A DNA stretch of 32,000 nt from NCBI RefSeq assembly GCF_000017945.1, contig NC_009776.1, forward strand, positions 60,001 to 92,000, read 5' to 3'. Made by a program: the position numbers and the translations under genes. Positions 23,094-29,713 of this stretch are shown piece after piece. The stretch comes from Ignicoccus hospitalis KIN4/I. Its GTDB lineage: Archaea; Thermoproteota; Thermoprotei_A; Sulfolobales; Ignicoccaceae. The number at the start of each line of letters is the position of its first letter. Within the stretch, counting starts at the first letter, position 1. The notes beneath the pieces are model-generated. The model searched no databases, was not told the DNA's origin, and saw only the letters and a program-made list of their open reading frames with translations.

Positions 23094-24224
23094 TTAAGCG
23101 GCCTTGGCCAGCTTGACCGCTTCTTGGGCGGCCTCGTCCATGCTCTCAAAAAGCGGTATGCCGGCCTCCTTCAATATTTTCTTGCCCTCCTCCTCCGCGG
23201 TCCCTACGATCCTCGCCACTATGGGCTTCTTGACGTTGGACTCGGAGAGGGCGTCCACTATTCCTTGGGCCACCTCGCTGGCCAAGGTTATCCCTCCGAA
23301 TATGTTAACGAATATTACCTTTACCTTTGGATTCTTCAGGAGGACGTTCACAGCTGCTTTAACTCTGTCCCTCCTGGCGCCGCCCCCTATGTCGAGGAAG
23401 TTCGCGGGCCTGCCGCCGTAATAGTTGACGACGTCCATAGTGGCCATCGTGAGTCCGGCCCCGTTGCCTATGATCCCTATGTCGCCGTCCAGCTCGACGT
23501 AGAAGAAGCCCCAGCGGGCGGCCTCCTTCTCCAGCTCGCTCAGCTCCCTCTCCCTAGAGGCCTCGAGCTCCGGGTGTCTGAAGATCGCGTTGTCGTCAAC
23601 TATCATCCTGAAGTCTAGCGCCACCAAGCCCCTGTCGGTTATAGCTAACGGGTTGCTCTCTACAAGCTCTGCGTCGTAATCTTCGAAGATCTTGTACATA
23701 GTCTTAGCTATCCCCTCGAACTGCCTTAACAGTTGCCCGCTCAAGCCTATCCTCTTCCCGACCTCCCTCGCCTCGTGGGCCTTGAGGCCTACCTCGGGCT
23801 CTATGGGGAGTTTCACTATGGCATCGGGCTTCTCTTTAGCGAGCTCCTCTATCTCCATCCCGCCCTCGGCGGAGGCCAGCATTACTACCTTGCGGTTTGT
23901 TCTGTCTATTGTGAAAGAGAGGTACAACTCTTTTTGGATGTTCTCCGCCTTTTCTACTAGCAACGAGAGCACGGGGAACCCCTTTATTTCCTTTGAGAAG
24001 AGCTCCTCCGCCAGCTCTAACGCCTCGTCGGGGTCGCGGGCAAGCTTAACCCCTCCGGCCTTCCCCCTGCCCGCCACCGGGACTTGGGCCTTCAAGACCA
24101 CCGGCAGTCCGAGCTTCTCCACTGCTTCGTTCACTTGTTCCGGCCTCTCGATTAGCACCCCTTCGGGCGTCGGTATGCCATATTTCTTCGCGATGGCCTT
24201 TGCCTCGTACTCGAGGAGGTTCAA
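23094..24224 (-). CDS. sucC: Succinyl-CoA synthetase beta subunit
   Basis: 376 aa, TTG start. The ATP-grasp N-terminus is NLLEYEAKAIAKKYGIPTP...VVLKAQVPVAGRGKAGGVK. The C-terminal region has GNGAGLTMATMD and NIFGGIT. Confidence 0.93.
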   Translation of the reverse strand: MNLLEYEAKAIAKKYGIPTPEGVLIERPEQVNEAVEKLGLPVVLKAQVPVAGRGKAGGVKLARDPDEALELAEELFSKEIKGFPVLSLLVEKAENIQKELYLSFTIDRTNRKVVMLASAEGGMEIEELAKEKPDAIVKLPIEPEVGLKAHEAREVGKRIGLSGQLLRQFEGIAKTMYKIFEDYDAELVESNPLAITDRGLVALDFRMIVDDNAIFRHPELEASRERELSELEKEAARWGFFYVELDGDIGIIGNGAGLTMATMDVVNYYGGRPANFLDIGGGARRDRVKAAVNVLLKNPKVKVIFVNIFGGITLASEVAQGIVDALSESNVKKPIVARIVGTAEEEGKKILKEAGIPLFESMDEAAQEAVKLAKAA

Positions 24225-24339
24225 GGCTCGCCCCTCCTACGGCTCACCGCGCGGATTAAACTGATTTATGCAATATATATTTCTCAAGTAATAGAAAATA
24301 GAACAGATTGAACCGTTCGACTATATCGCTCTAACTTAT

Positions 24340-24822
24340 ATGTCTTCTGCAAACCCTTCTCGCCCGGTGGAAGGGGTGGCCGAGGAGAAGGCCCAAGTCG
24401 GCGTCGAGGCTAAGGGCGGAGAAGAGAAGGTAAAGCTCCTACAAGACGAGCTGAGGAGCTTGCTGGCGCAGATAGAGTACTTGAGAGACCAAATAGAGGC
24501 GGTCAACACCGTGATAGACGACCTCTACGCCAGCTTGGAGGTGTTGGACTACTTGACCAAGGAGGGCAAGGGCAAGGTGGTGTTGGTGCCTATAGGCGCG
24601 GGCAACTTCATCAAGGCTAAGATTGAGGACACGAACACTGTAATAACGTCCGTCGGGGGAAGGCTGAGCTTAGAGGTGCCCAGCGATGAGGCCAAGAAGG
24701 CTATAGAGAGCAGAATAGCCGCCTTGGAGCAAGTCAGACTGACGCTGCTGAGGAAGTTGGAGGAGCTAAACAGGAAGGTGAACGAGCTCCTCCCCCGCGT
24801 AAGGGAAGAGGGCGGGCAGTGA
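24340..24822 (+). CDS. pfdA: Prefoldin alpha subunit
   Basis: 160 aa. An N-terminal coiled coil is followed by two beta hairpins ([33 protein letters not shown]) and a C-terminal coiled coil. The start is uncertain: TATA-like boxes at about 24322 and 24334 would favour the in-frame GTG at 24367. Confidence 0.85.
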
Positions 24823-24832
24823 AGGTGGTCCC

Positions 24833-25045
24833 TTGAAGGTTTTTGGCCCTAAGGGCCGCGGCGCCGAGCCCCCCGAAGTTAAGGCGGCGGAGCTGGAGGA
24901 GGCACTAAAACTAATCAAAGAAGGCAAGGCCAAGACAGCCTACAAGGTCTTCGGCAGGGTGATACTCGAGGTACCCTTAGAAGAGGCGGAGAGGACCATC
25001 AGGGCGGAGCTGGAGGAGCTCAAGAAGCGCCTCGAGGGGGGCTGA
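24833..25045 (+). CDS. 70-aa prefoldin-beta-like mini protein (hypothetical)
   Basis: TTG start, 10 nt after pfdA. LEEALKLIKEGKAKTAYKVFGRVILEVPLEEAERTIRAELEELKKRLE aligns by eye with the hairpin plus C-helix part of prefoldin beta (L.EL....d..vYK..G.ilv....ee....L....E.L..r). The N-terminal helix is absent. Confidence 0.45.
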   Translation: MKVFGPKGRGAEPPEVKAAELEEALKLIKEGKAKTAYKVFGRVILEVPLEEAERTIRAELEELKKRLEGG

Positions 25046-25093
25046 GCGCGCCGCGGTCAATACCCCCTACTCGTCAGTCCAAAGGGGAACTCC

Positions 25094-25840
25094 TTGAAGG
25101 GTAAGGTTTATCTCGTGGGGGCCGGGCCGGGGGGCGCTTGGCTGGCCCCAGCCGCGGCCTTCGGCTTGCTCCGGTCAGCCGACGTAGTCTTGTACGATAA
25201 GCTCGTGGACAAGTCTCTCTTGTCTTCAGCTTTTAAGGCGGAGAAGGTTTACGTAGGTAAGGCCCCCGGGGCCCACGCCCTGAGCCAAGAAGAGATCAAC
25301 GAGCTTTTGATAAAGTATGCCAAAGAAGGGAAGGTAGTTGTGAGGCTGAAGGGCGGCGACCCCTTCGTGCTCGGAAGGGGGGACGAGGAGTGCGAGGCCC
25401 TCCGGGCGGCCGGGGTGGAGTGCGAGGTGGTCCCCGCCCCCACGTCGGCCACCGCGGTGCCCGCGTGCGCCGGCATCCCGGTAACTAGGAGGAACTTAGC
25501 CAACACCTTTGCGGTCGCCACGGGGTGGGCGGCGGAGGGGAGCGAGAGGCCGAGGTACGGCGAGATACTAAAGGTCGTGGACACTCTGGTGGTTCTGATG
25601 GGGGTTACGAAGGTTAACGAGATAGTTTCAGACATCCTAAAGGTCAGGGACGTTCCCGCAGCAGCCGTGACCAACGGGTGTACGGAAGAACAGAAGGTGG
25701 TGGTCGCGAGGGCGTCGAAGCTGCCCGAGGTAATGGTCCGTAACGGGGTAAAGCCGCCGGCGGTTTTGGTGTTCGGAGAGGTGGTCGAGTGGGCTTGCAA
25801 GGCGGGCACGGTAAGGGACGTGGTAGAGTGCTCACTCTGA
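25094..25840 (+). CDS. cobA: Uroporphyrinogen-III C-methyltransferase (SUMT)
   Basis: 248 aa, TTG start. It has KVYLVGAGPGG, DVVLYDKLV, VVRLKGGDPFVLGRGDEE and VVPAPTSATAVPACAGIPVT. Confidence 0.9.
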   Translation: MKGKVYLVGAGPGGAWLAPAAAFGLLRSADVVLYDKLVDKSLLSSAFKAEKVYVGKAPGAHALSQEEINELLIKYAKEGKVVVRLKGGDPFVLGRGDEECEALRAAGVECEVVPAPTSATAVPACAGIPVTRRNLANTFAVATGWAAEGSERPRYGEILKVVDTLVVLMGVTKVNEIVSDILKVRDVPAAAVTNGCTEEQKVVVARASKLPEVMVRNGVKPPAVLVFGEVVEWACKAGTVRDVVECSL

Positions 25841-26532
25841 GCCCCCACGGACCTCCCCCCTTCAAGGACCTCGAAGTGACCAACGTCCCGGCGCTAGAGC
25901 TGGTGGACGTCGCGGACGCCTCCCAAATCAAGGAAGCCATAAAGGAGGGGGAGGCAGTAGTCTTCACTTCCAAGACCGGCGTGAGGTTGGTGTTCGAAAA
26001 GCTCGGGGACGAGGCCCTCGAGTTGCTCAAGGGGAAGGACGTGGTGGCAATAGGGCCCAAGACGGCGGCCGAGCTCGAGGCGAGGGGCTTGAGCCCCATA
26101 GTGCCGGAGGAGTACCACTCCGGCGCGCTGGCAAAGCTCTTGAAGCGTTACAACAAGGTAGTGGCCCTGAGGTCCGACAAGGCGTCAAAGACTTTGAAGG
26201 ATGAGTTAGGAGACAAGCTCATCGAGGTGGTTATTTATAAAACCTTGAGGAGGCCCTCTCCAAAGATAGTGGAGGCGGCTAGGGAGGCCGACGCAGTTGC
26301 CGTGAGCAGCGCCGAGGTCGCCCGGGCCTTAATAGAGTCCTTTCAGAAGTACTCTAGTATTGACGAACTTAAGAAGTTGAAAATAGCCGTAATAGGGCCC
26401 GAGGCAGCAAAGCCGTTGAAGGAGTTGGGCTTGAACTTCGTGGTCGCCCCGGAAGCCACTTTTGAAGGGTTGGAGGAGGCAGTTAAGAGAATAATACGGG
26501 GAGGACCGGGAGAAAGCCCCGAGGAGCGCTAA
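25828..26532 (+). CDS. hemD: Uroporphyrinogen-III synthase
   Basis: It has the two-repeat HemD pattern: VVFTSKTGVRLVF...VVAIGPKTAAELEARG, then AVSSAEVARALI...IAVIGPEAAKPLKELG. I start it at GTG 25828, overlapping the cobA stop by 13 nt; the track start 25789 is further inside cobA. Confidence 0.75.
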   Translation: MLTLSPHGPPPFKDLEVTNVPALELVDVADASQIKEAIKEGEAVVFTSKTGVRLVFEKLGDEALELLKGKDVVAIGPKTAAELEARGLSPIVPEEYHSGALAKLLKRYNKVVALRSDKASKTLKDELGDKLIEVVIYKTLRRPSPKIVEAAREADAVAVSSAEVARALIESFQKYSSIDELKKLKIAVIGPEAAKPLKELGLNFVVAPEATFEGLEEAVKRIIRGGPGESPEER

Positions 26533-26552
26533 CGAAAAACGGGGAACGCCGG

Positions 26553-26711
26553 GTGAGGGTGAAGTCCTTCGAGGGCTTCCCGGTGGAGGCGGAAGGGGTC
26601 GAGGACCCCGAGATGGTGGCGGCAGTGTTGGGGGAAATAGGAGAGTTGATGAAGAAGCTGAACATTAAGGTAGTAAAGCTCGACGGCGAGATGGTAGTTG
26701 GTGAGGGCTAG
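26553..26711 (+). CDS. Possible 52-aa ORF (hypothetical; below the track's length cut-off)
   Basis: My own translation gives VRVKSFEGFPVEAEGVEDPEMVAAVLGEIGELMKKLNIKVVKLDGEMVVGEG*. It has a GTG start 21 nt after hemD. Its stop overlaps the convergent PIN gene stop by 4 nt. Coding-like composition is the only evidence. Confidence 0.25.
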   Translation: MRVKSFEGFPVEAEGVEDPEMVAAVLGEIGELMKKLNIKVVKLDGEMVVGEG

Positions 26712-27322
26712 CCGTGCCTTTTGATTAAATTTAGGTACTCCTCTATCGTTTTGACGAACGTCAGGGGGTCGATACAGCTGACCCCTAGCTTCGACGCCAG
26801 CTTGCATAAGCCTTCGTCGTTCGTAACTAGGACCGCCCCGAGCTCTAGGGCCAGTATCGCCGCTTCTAAGTCGGCCACGGAGTCCAATAGTCCCTTACGC
26901 GTGGCCTCGCGGTACTTCTCCCTCAAGTTGCGGATGTGTTCGCCTATCTCCCCGCCTTCCATGGCCCTTCGAGTGCTCTCCTCTGCCACCCTGAGGCCCT
27001 TGTCCAACCTCCTCTTCACCTCTGCGACGTACTCCAAGAAGACCCTCGCCGGTATCTTGGCCTCCGTCTGACTTACGTCCTTTACAAGTATCCAAACTCC
27101 GAGCTTACTTATTATTTCCGACGGACACATAGATCTCTCCAAGAACCCTTTAATTTCTTTCATCACGCTTGGAGTGGTGTAGAACGAAAAGCCCAACTTG
27201 AGTTTGGCCAACGCCATCAATTCCAGATACTTTTCGACGACCTCCCACAACTCGTTGACGCCGAACAGCTGTCTCAGTCTGGGGTCGGTAACCGCGCTGG
27301 TGTCTATCACGAATTTTATCAA
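26708..27322 (-). CDS. PIN_5/UPF0278-family PIN nuclease, HARP type (homologue of Aquifex RNA-free RNase P)
   Basis: 204 aa, TTG start. The PIN acidic residues appear in FVIDTSAVTDP, TTPSVMKEI, LLDSVADLEAAILA and VLVTNDEGL. They are split by a helical insert (EYVAEVKRRLDKGLRVAEESTRRAMEGGEIGEHIRNLREKYREATRKG) characteristic of this family. Confidence 0.75.
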   Translation of the reverse strand: MIKFVIDTSAVTDPRLRQLFGVNELWEVVEKYLELMALAKLKLGFSFYTTPSVMKEIKGFLERSMCPSEIISKLGVWILVKDVSQTEAKIPARVFLEYVAEVKRRLDKGLRVAEESTRRAMEGGEIGEHIRNLREKYREATRKGLLDSVADLEAAILALELGAVLVTNDEGLCKLASKLGVSCIDPLTFVKTIEEYLNLIKRHG

Positions 27323-27355
27323 GAGTCTTGCCCGTCGCGAGGCGTACGTGAGAAG

Positions 27356-27363
27356 CTATTTAG
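27356..27363. promoter_or_regulatory. Shared, near-palindromic TATA element between the HARP-like gene and tRNA-Arg
   Basis: CTATTTAG (complement CTAAATAG) is centred about 26 nt upstream of the tRNA-Arg 5' end (27386). It is also about 37 nt upstream of the TTG start (27322) of the divergent PIN gene. Confidence 0.35.
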
Positions 27364-27385
27364 TTGGGCCTCCCCCCAGCGCCCG

Positions 27386-27462
27386 GCCCCCGTAGCTCAG
27401 CCAGGAAGAGCGCGGGCCTTCGGAGCCCGTGGTCGCGGGTTCAAATCCCGCCGGGGGCGCCA
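27386..27462 (+). tRNA. tRNA-Arg(TCG): tRNA-Arg (anticodon TCG), with an encoded CCA
   Basis: The sequence is GCCCCCGUAGCUCAGCCAGGAAGAGCGCGGGCCUUCGGAGCCCGUGGUCGCGGGUUCAAAUCCCGCCGGGGGCGCCA. Acceptor is GCCCCCG/CGGGGGC. Anticodon stem is CGGGC/GCCCG with loop CU-UCG-GA. The T arm is GCGGG-UUCAAAU-CCCGC. Confidence 0.93.
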
Positions 27463-27470
27463 CTCGAAAG

Positions 27471-28118
27471 CTATATCTCTACTAAGAACTTCCCGAGCAG
27501 CGTGCTCACCAAAGCGAAGGTTATCGATGACATCAAGAAGGGCGCGTTCGGCGACCCCCTGAGGGCGTCCACAGCTTGCGGGAGGGTTGAGAACAAGAAG
27601 GGGGCGGAGAGGGCGGCCAACGCTACGGAAGAGAGCAAGGTACCCGCGTCTGTGTATATTATCATAAACGATACCAGAGCCCCCAAGGAGGCCATGTACA
27701 AGCTTAAGCTGAGTAAGTATACCAGGTAGCCTTGAGTCAAGAAGACCTCTGAGGAGAAGAAACTGGTTAGTATAGTAAAGACGAGGTTGAAGGGGAGTAA
27801 AAACAAGAAGAGGGAAGTTATCTTGGAGGCCACCGTCAACTCGGGGGGAACTGGCGCCAGCTTTAACGCGTATATAGTTCCCCTTTCGGCCTCCCTCAAC
27901 ACTAATACGAAGCCCAAAACTGTAGTTATTATCAAGCTGACCGCTTGTTGGGCTATTACCACCAAAAAGGGAGCGTCGTAGGGGCGGACCGAGCCGGGAC
28001 CGGAGATGGCGTAGGACGTTGGCAACGCTAAGGCCGCAGTTAAGGAAAGGAGGGCCACGAGTTCGTGTTTCTTCCTCATCTCCTCTTTAATGTCCTTTAC
28101 GACCAGTGTGGTGAACAA
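27471..28118 (-). CDS. ccmB: Heme exporter permease CcmB (cytochrome c maturation System I)
   Basis: 215 aa, 6 TM, TTG start. The segment VLREAERGTIYALKLAPVPPELTVASKI parallels the CcmB signature (LERLF..D..dGsLE.L.l.P.p...vvlAK). Confidence 0.7.
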   Translation of the reverse strand: MFTTLVVKDIKEEMRKKHELVALLSLTAALALPTSYAISGPGSVRPYDAPFLVVIAQQAVSLIITTVLGFVLVLREAERGTIYALKLAPVPPELTVASKITSLFLFLLPFNLVFTILTSFFSSEVFLTQGYLVYLLSLSLYMASLGALVSFMIIYTDAGTLLSSVALAALSAPFLFSTLPQAVDALRGSPNAPFLMSSITFALVSTLLGKFLVEI

Positions 28119-28149
28119 ATTTGACCCCTACAAAAAACTGGGGAGACGT

Positions 28150-28554
28150 TTAGGAGTTAACCGCGGGCTGCTCGTAGGCGCTGTGACATCCCTTCAATAT
28201 TTCCTCTACATGCAATACTTTGCCGTCCCAGTAGCCCTTGACGACCATCTCGCCGTTGGTTATGATAACTTGGCTCAGGGGACCGTACTTCTTCTCTATG
28301 TAGCTCACGGGAACGTCGGCCTCTATCGTGCTGCCGTCCTTGCCCTTAAGGTATAACACTAGGAGCTGCCTGTCCGGAGTCACGGTCCACTTCACGACGT
28401 CGCCCCTTACCAAGTAAGTGCCCGGCCTCGACTTCACCAAGTCGGACACGTCCGTGTAAGAGCTGCTGGCTCCTGCGTAGAAGCCTACGACGGCGAAAAG
28501 CGCTAATAGAGAGACGGACATTAGCAAGTACCTTACGTTAGGTTTAGTCTTCAA
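28150..28554 (-). CDS. ccmE: Heme chaperone CcmE, archaeal variant with CxxxY instead of HxxxY
   Basis: 134 aa. An N-terminal membrane anchor is followed by an OB-fold (VRGDVVKWTVTPDRQLLVLYLKGKDGSTIEADVPVSY...VVKGYWDGKVLHVEEILKGCHSAYEQP). CHSAY occupies the position of the E. coli heme-binding H130-DEN-Y134. Confidence 0.8.
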   Translation of the reverse strand: MKTKPNVRYLLMSVSLLALFAVVGFYAGASSSYTDVSDLVKSRPGTYLVRGDVVKWTVTPDRQLLVLYLKGKDGSTIEADVPVSYIEKKYGPLSQVIITNGEMVVKGYWDGKVLHVEEILKGCHSAYEQPAVNS

Positions 28555-28602
28555 CGCTTAGGCCCGCGTGCGCTTCGGAAGCAGCCTTAATGGGTTTGTC
28601 TC

Positions 28603-28929
28603 TTACGGGATGCTCTTGGGCACGACGCCTACTTCCTCTTCTACTTCTTTGTACCCTTTGGCGATCATCTCCTTAAGCTCTTCGTCGTACTCCAGCAACA
28701 TCGCGAGGAACTCGCCTACGTGTTCCTTTTCCTCACGCGCTACGTTGAGGAAAACTTTCTTTACGCGTTCGTCTTCGATAGCTTCCGCCAGTTGTTCGTA
28801 GAAGTTTATCGCGTCTAGCTCGGCTATGATTCCCCAGCGAAGGGCTTGGGCCACTTCTACCTTCTTAAACTTTCTATCTTTAGGGATCTTGAGGGGGTTT
28901 TCGCCTAACATAGGATTCGCCGAAATCAT
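28603..28929 (-). CDS. Encapsulated-ferritin-like (EncFtn/Flp-type) ferritin-like protein, stand-alone
   Basis: 108 aa. IIAELDAINFYEQLAE...VFLNVAREEKEHVGEFLAMLLEYDEE carries the EncFtn ferroxidase pattern E-x6-Y ... E-x-x-H. It resembles the N-terminal EncFtn domain fused to the Pyrococcus-type encapsulin. Confidence 0.7.
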   Translation of the reverse strand: MISANPMLGENPLKIPKDRKFKKVEVAQALRWGIIAELDAINFYEQLAEAIEDERVKKVFLNVAREEKEHVGEFLAMLLEYDEELKEMIAKGYKEVEEEVGVVPKSIP

Positions 28930-29011
28930 GAATTAGTTCTCGGAGTTTAAAGTGGATAGGTAAAAAGCGTACTTAGTTCTGGTCCAACGGAAACGCCTTG
29001 AGCGATGAGGA

Positions 29012-29369
29012 CTTTTCATCCTCTTTTGAGACTCCACAGGTACCACCCGGTCGATCGATGAGAGGAGGCGTGGCAGCCTTTCTATCCTCTCTTGAGACTC
29101 CACGCTGTACCAATACTGGGGCGCGTTGTGTGTGCCACACGAACCCTTTCTATCCTCTCTTGAGACTCCACTCTGCACCTCCCTCACGTCCTCGTAGACG
29201 TGGTCGACTTTCTATCCTCTCTTGAGACTCCACAAAAAGGTATTCGCGATGAGCGTGGGAGCCGAGATCATCTTTCTATCCTCTCTTGAGACTCCACGGT
29301 TCTACAAGCGAGAGACTCACCTGGTACTACATTACCTTGTTAGCTTTCTATCCTCTCTTGAGACTCCAC
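29012..29369 (-). CRISPR. CRISPR array with 6 repeats and 5 spacers, transcribed on the minus strand, with no adjacent cas genes
   Basis: The 26-nt plus-strand repeat is CTTTCTATCCTCTCTTGAGACTCCAC. It occurs at 29078-29103, 29146-29171, 29208-29233, 29272-29297 and 29344-29369. A degenerate copy with 3 mismatches is at 29012-29037. Spacers are 40, 42, 36, 38 and 46 nt. The reverse complement GTGGAGTCTCAAGAGAGGATAGAAAG ends in the crenarchaeal ...GAAAG handle, and the degenerate repeat is at the left end, so the leader is on the right. Confidence 0.95.
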
Positions 29370-29660
29370 CGAGCCCTTCCATATAAAGCCCCAAGGTCTT
29401 TCCCTTAAAAGAATTGCGTTCTACCGAGAGTTTACAATTCCCCAAGCTTTTCCCTTTATTCGAGAAAAATTTCCTCTCCCCTTCCCTTCATGATCTTCAG
29501 CGTTCCCATGAAAAGATATAAGGGGGTCTGAGAGAGTGAATAGTAATGGTGCGCTCTCGAACATAGGATGTTCCCATGTGAGTGAAGGTGAAAGAGGCAA
29601 TGATTAAATACAAAAGTTTGGCGATTTGTAATGCTGAGAGGCTAAGGGGCCAGCATGGTG
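29370..29660 (-). promoter_or_regulatory. CRISPR leader (AT-richer, non-coding)
   Basis: About 300 bp of non-coding sequence lies between the intact-repeat end of the array and the thermosome promoter. Minus-strand TATA-like elements are ctTTATATgg (complement of 29380-29389) and tcTTTTAAgg (complement of 29402-29411), just upstream of the first repeat. Confidence 0.5.
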
Positions 29661-29669
29661 GCGAAAAAC

Positions 29670-29676
29670 TTATATA
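29670..29676 (+). promoter_or_regulatory. Thermosome promoter TATA box with an upstream purine-rich BRE
   Basis: In gcgaaaaacTTATATAgaacc the TATA is centred about 41 nt upstream of ATG 29714, or about 32 nt upstream of GTG 29705. Confidence 0.5.
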
Positions 29677-29713
29677 GAACCGGTTCCACCACACCCCACG
29701 GTGGGTGAGCGCG

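Noticed and set aside
2806-27462. Integrated element bounded by tRNA-derived att repeats (tRNA-Ser or tRNA-Arg as integration targets)
   Set aside because: I found no second copy of either tRNA's 3' half elsewhere in the window. There is no integrase, and no obvious compositional break around the giant NTPase gene.
28933-29225. Track ORFs 28933-29187 (-) and 28998-29225 (+), 75-84 aa
   Set aside because: Both run through the CRISPR array. Their internally repetitive peptides are simply translated repeats.
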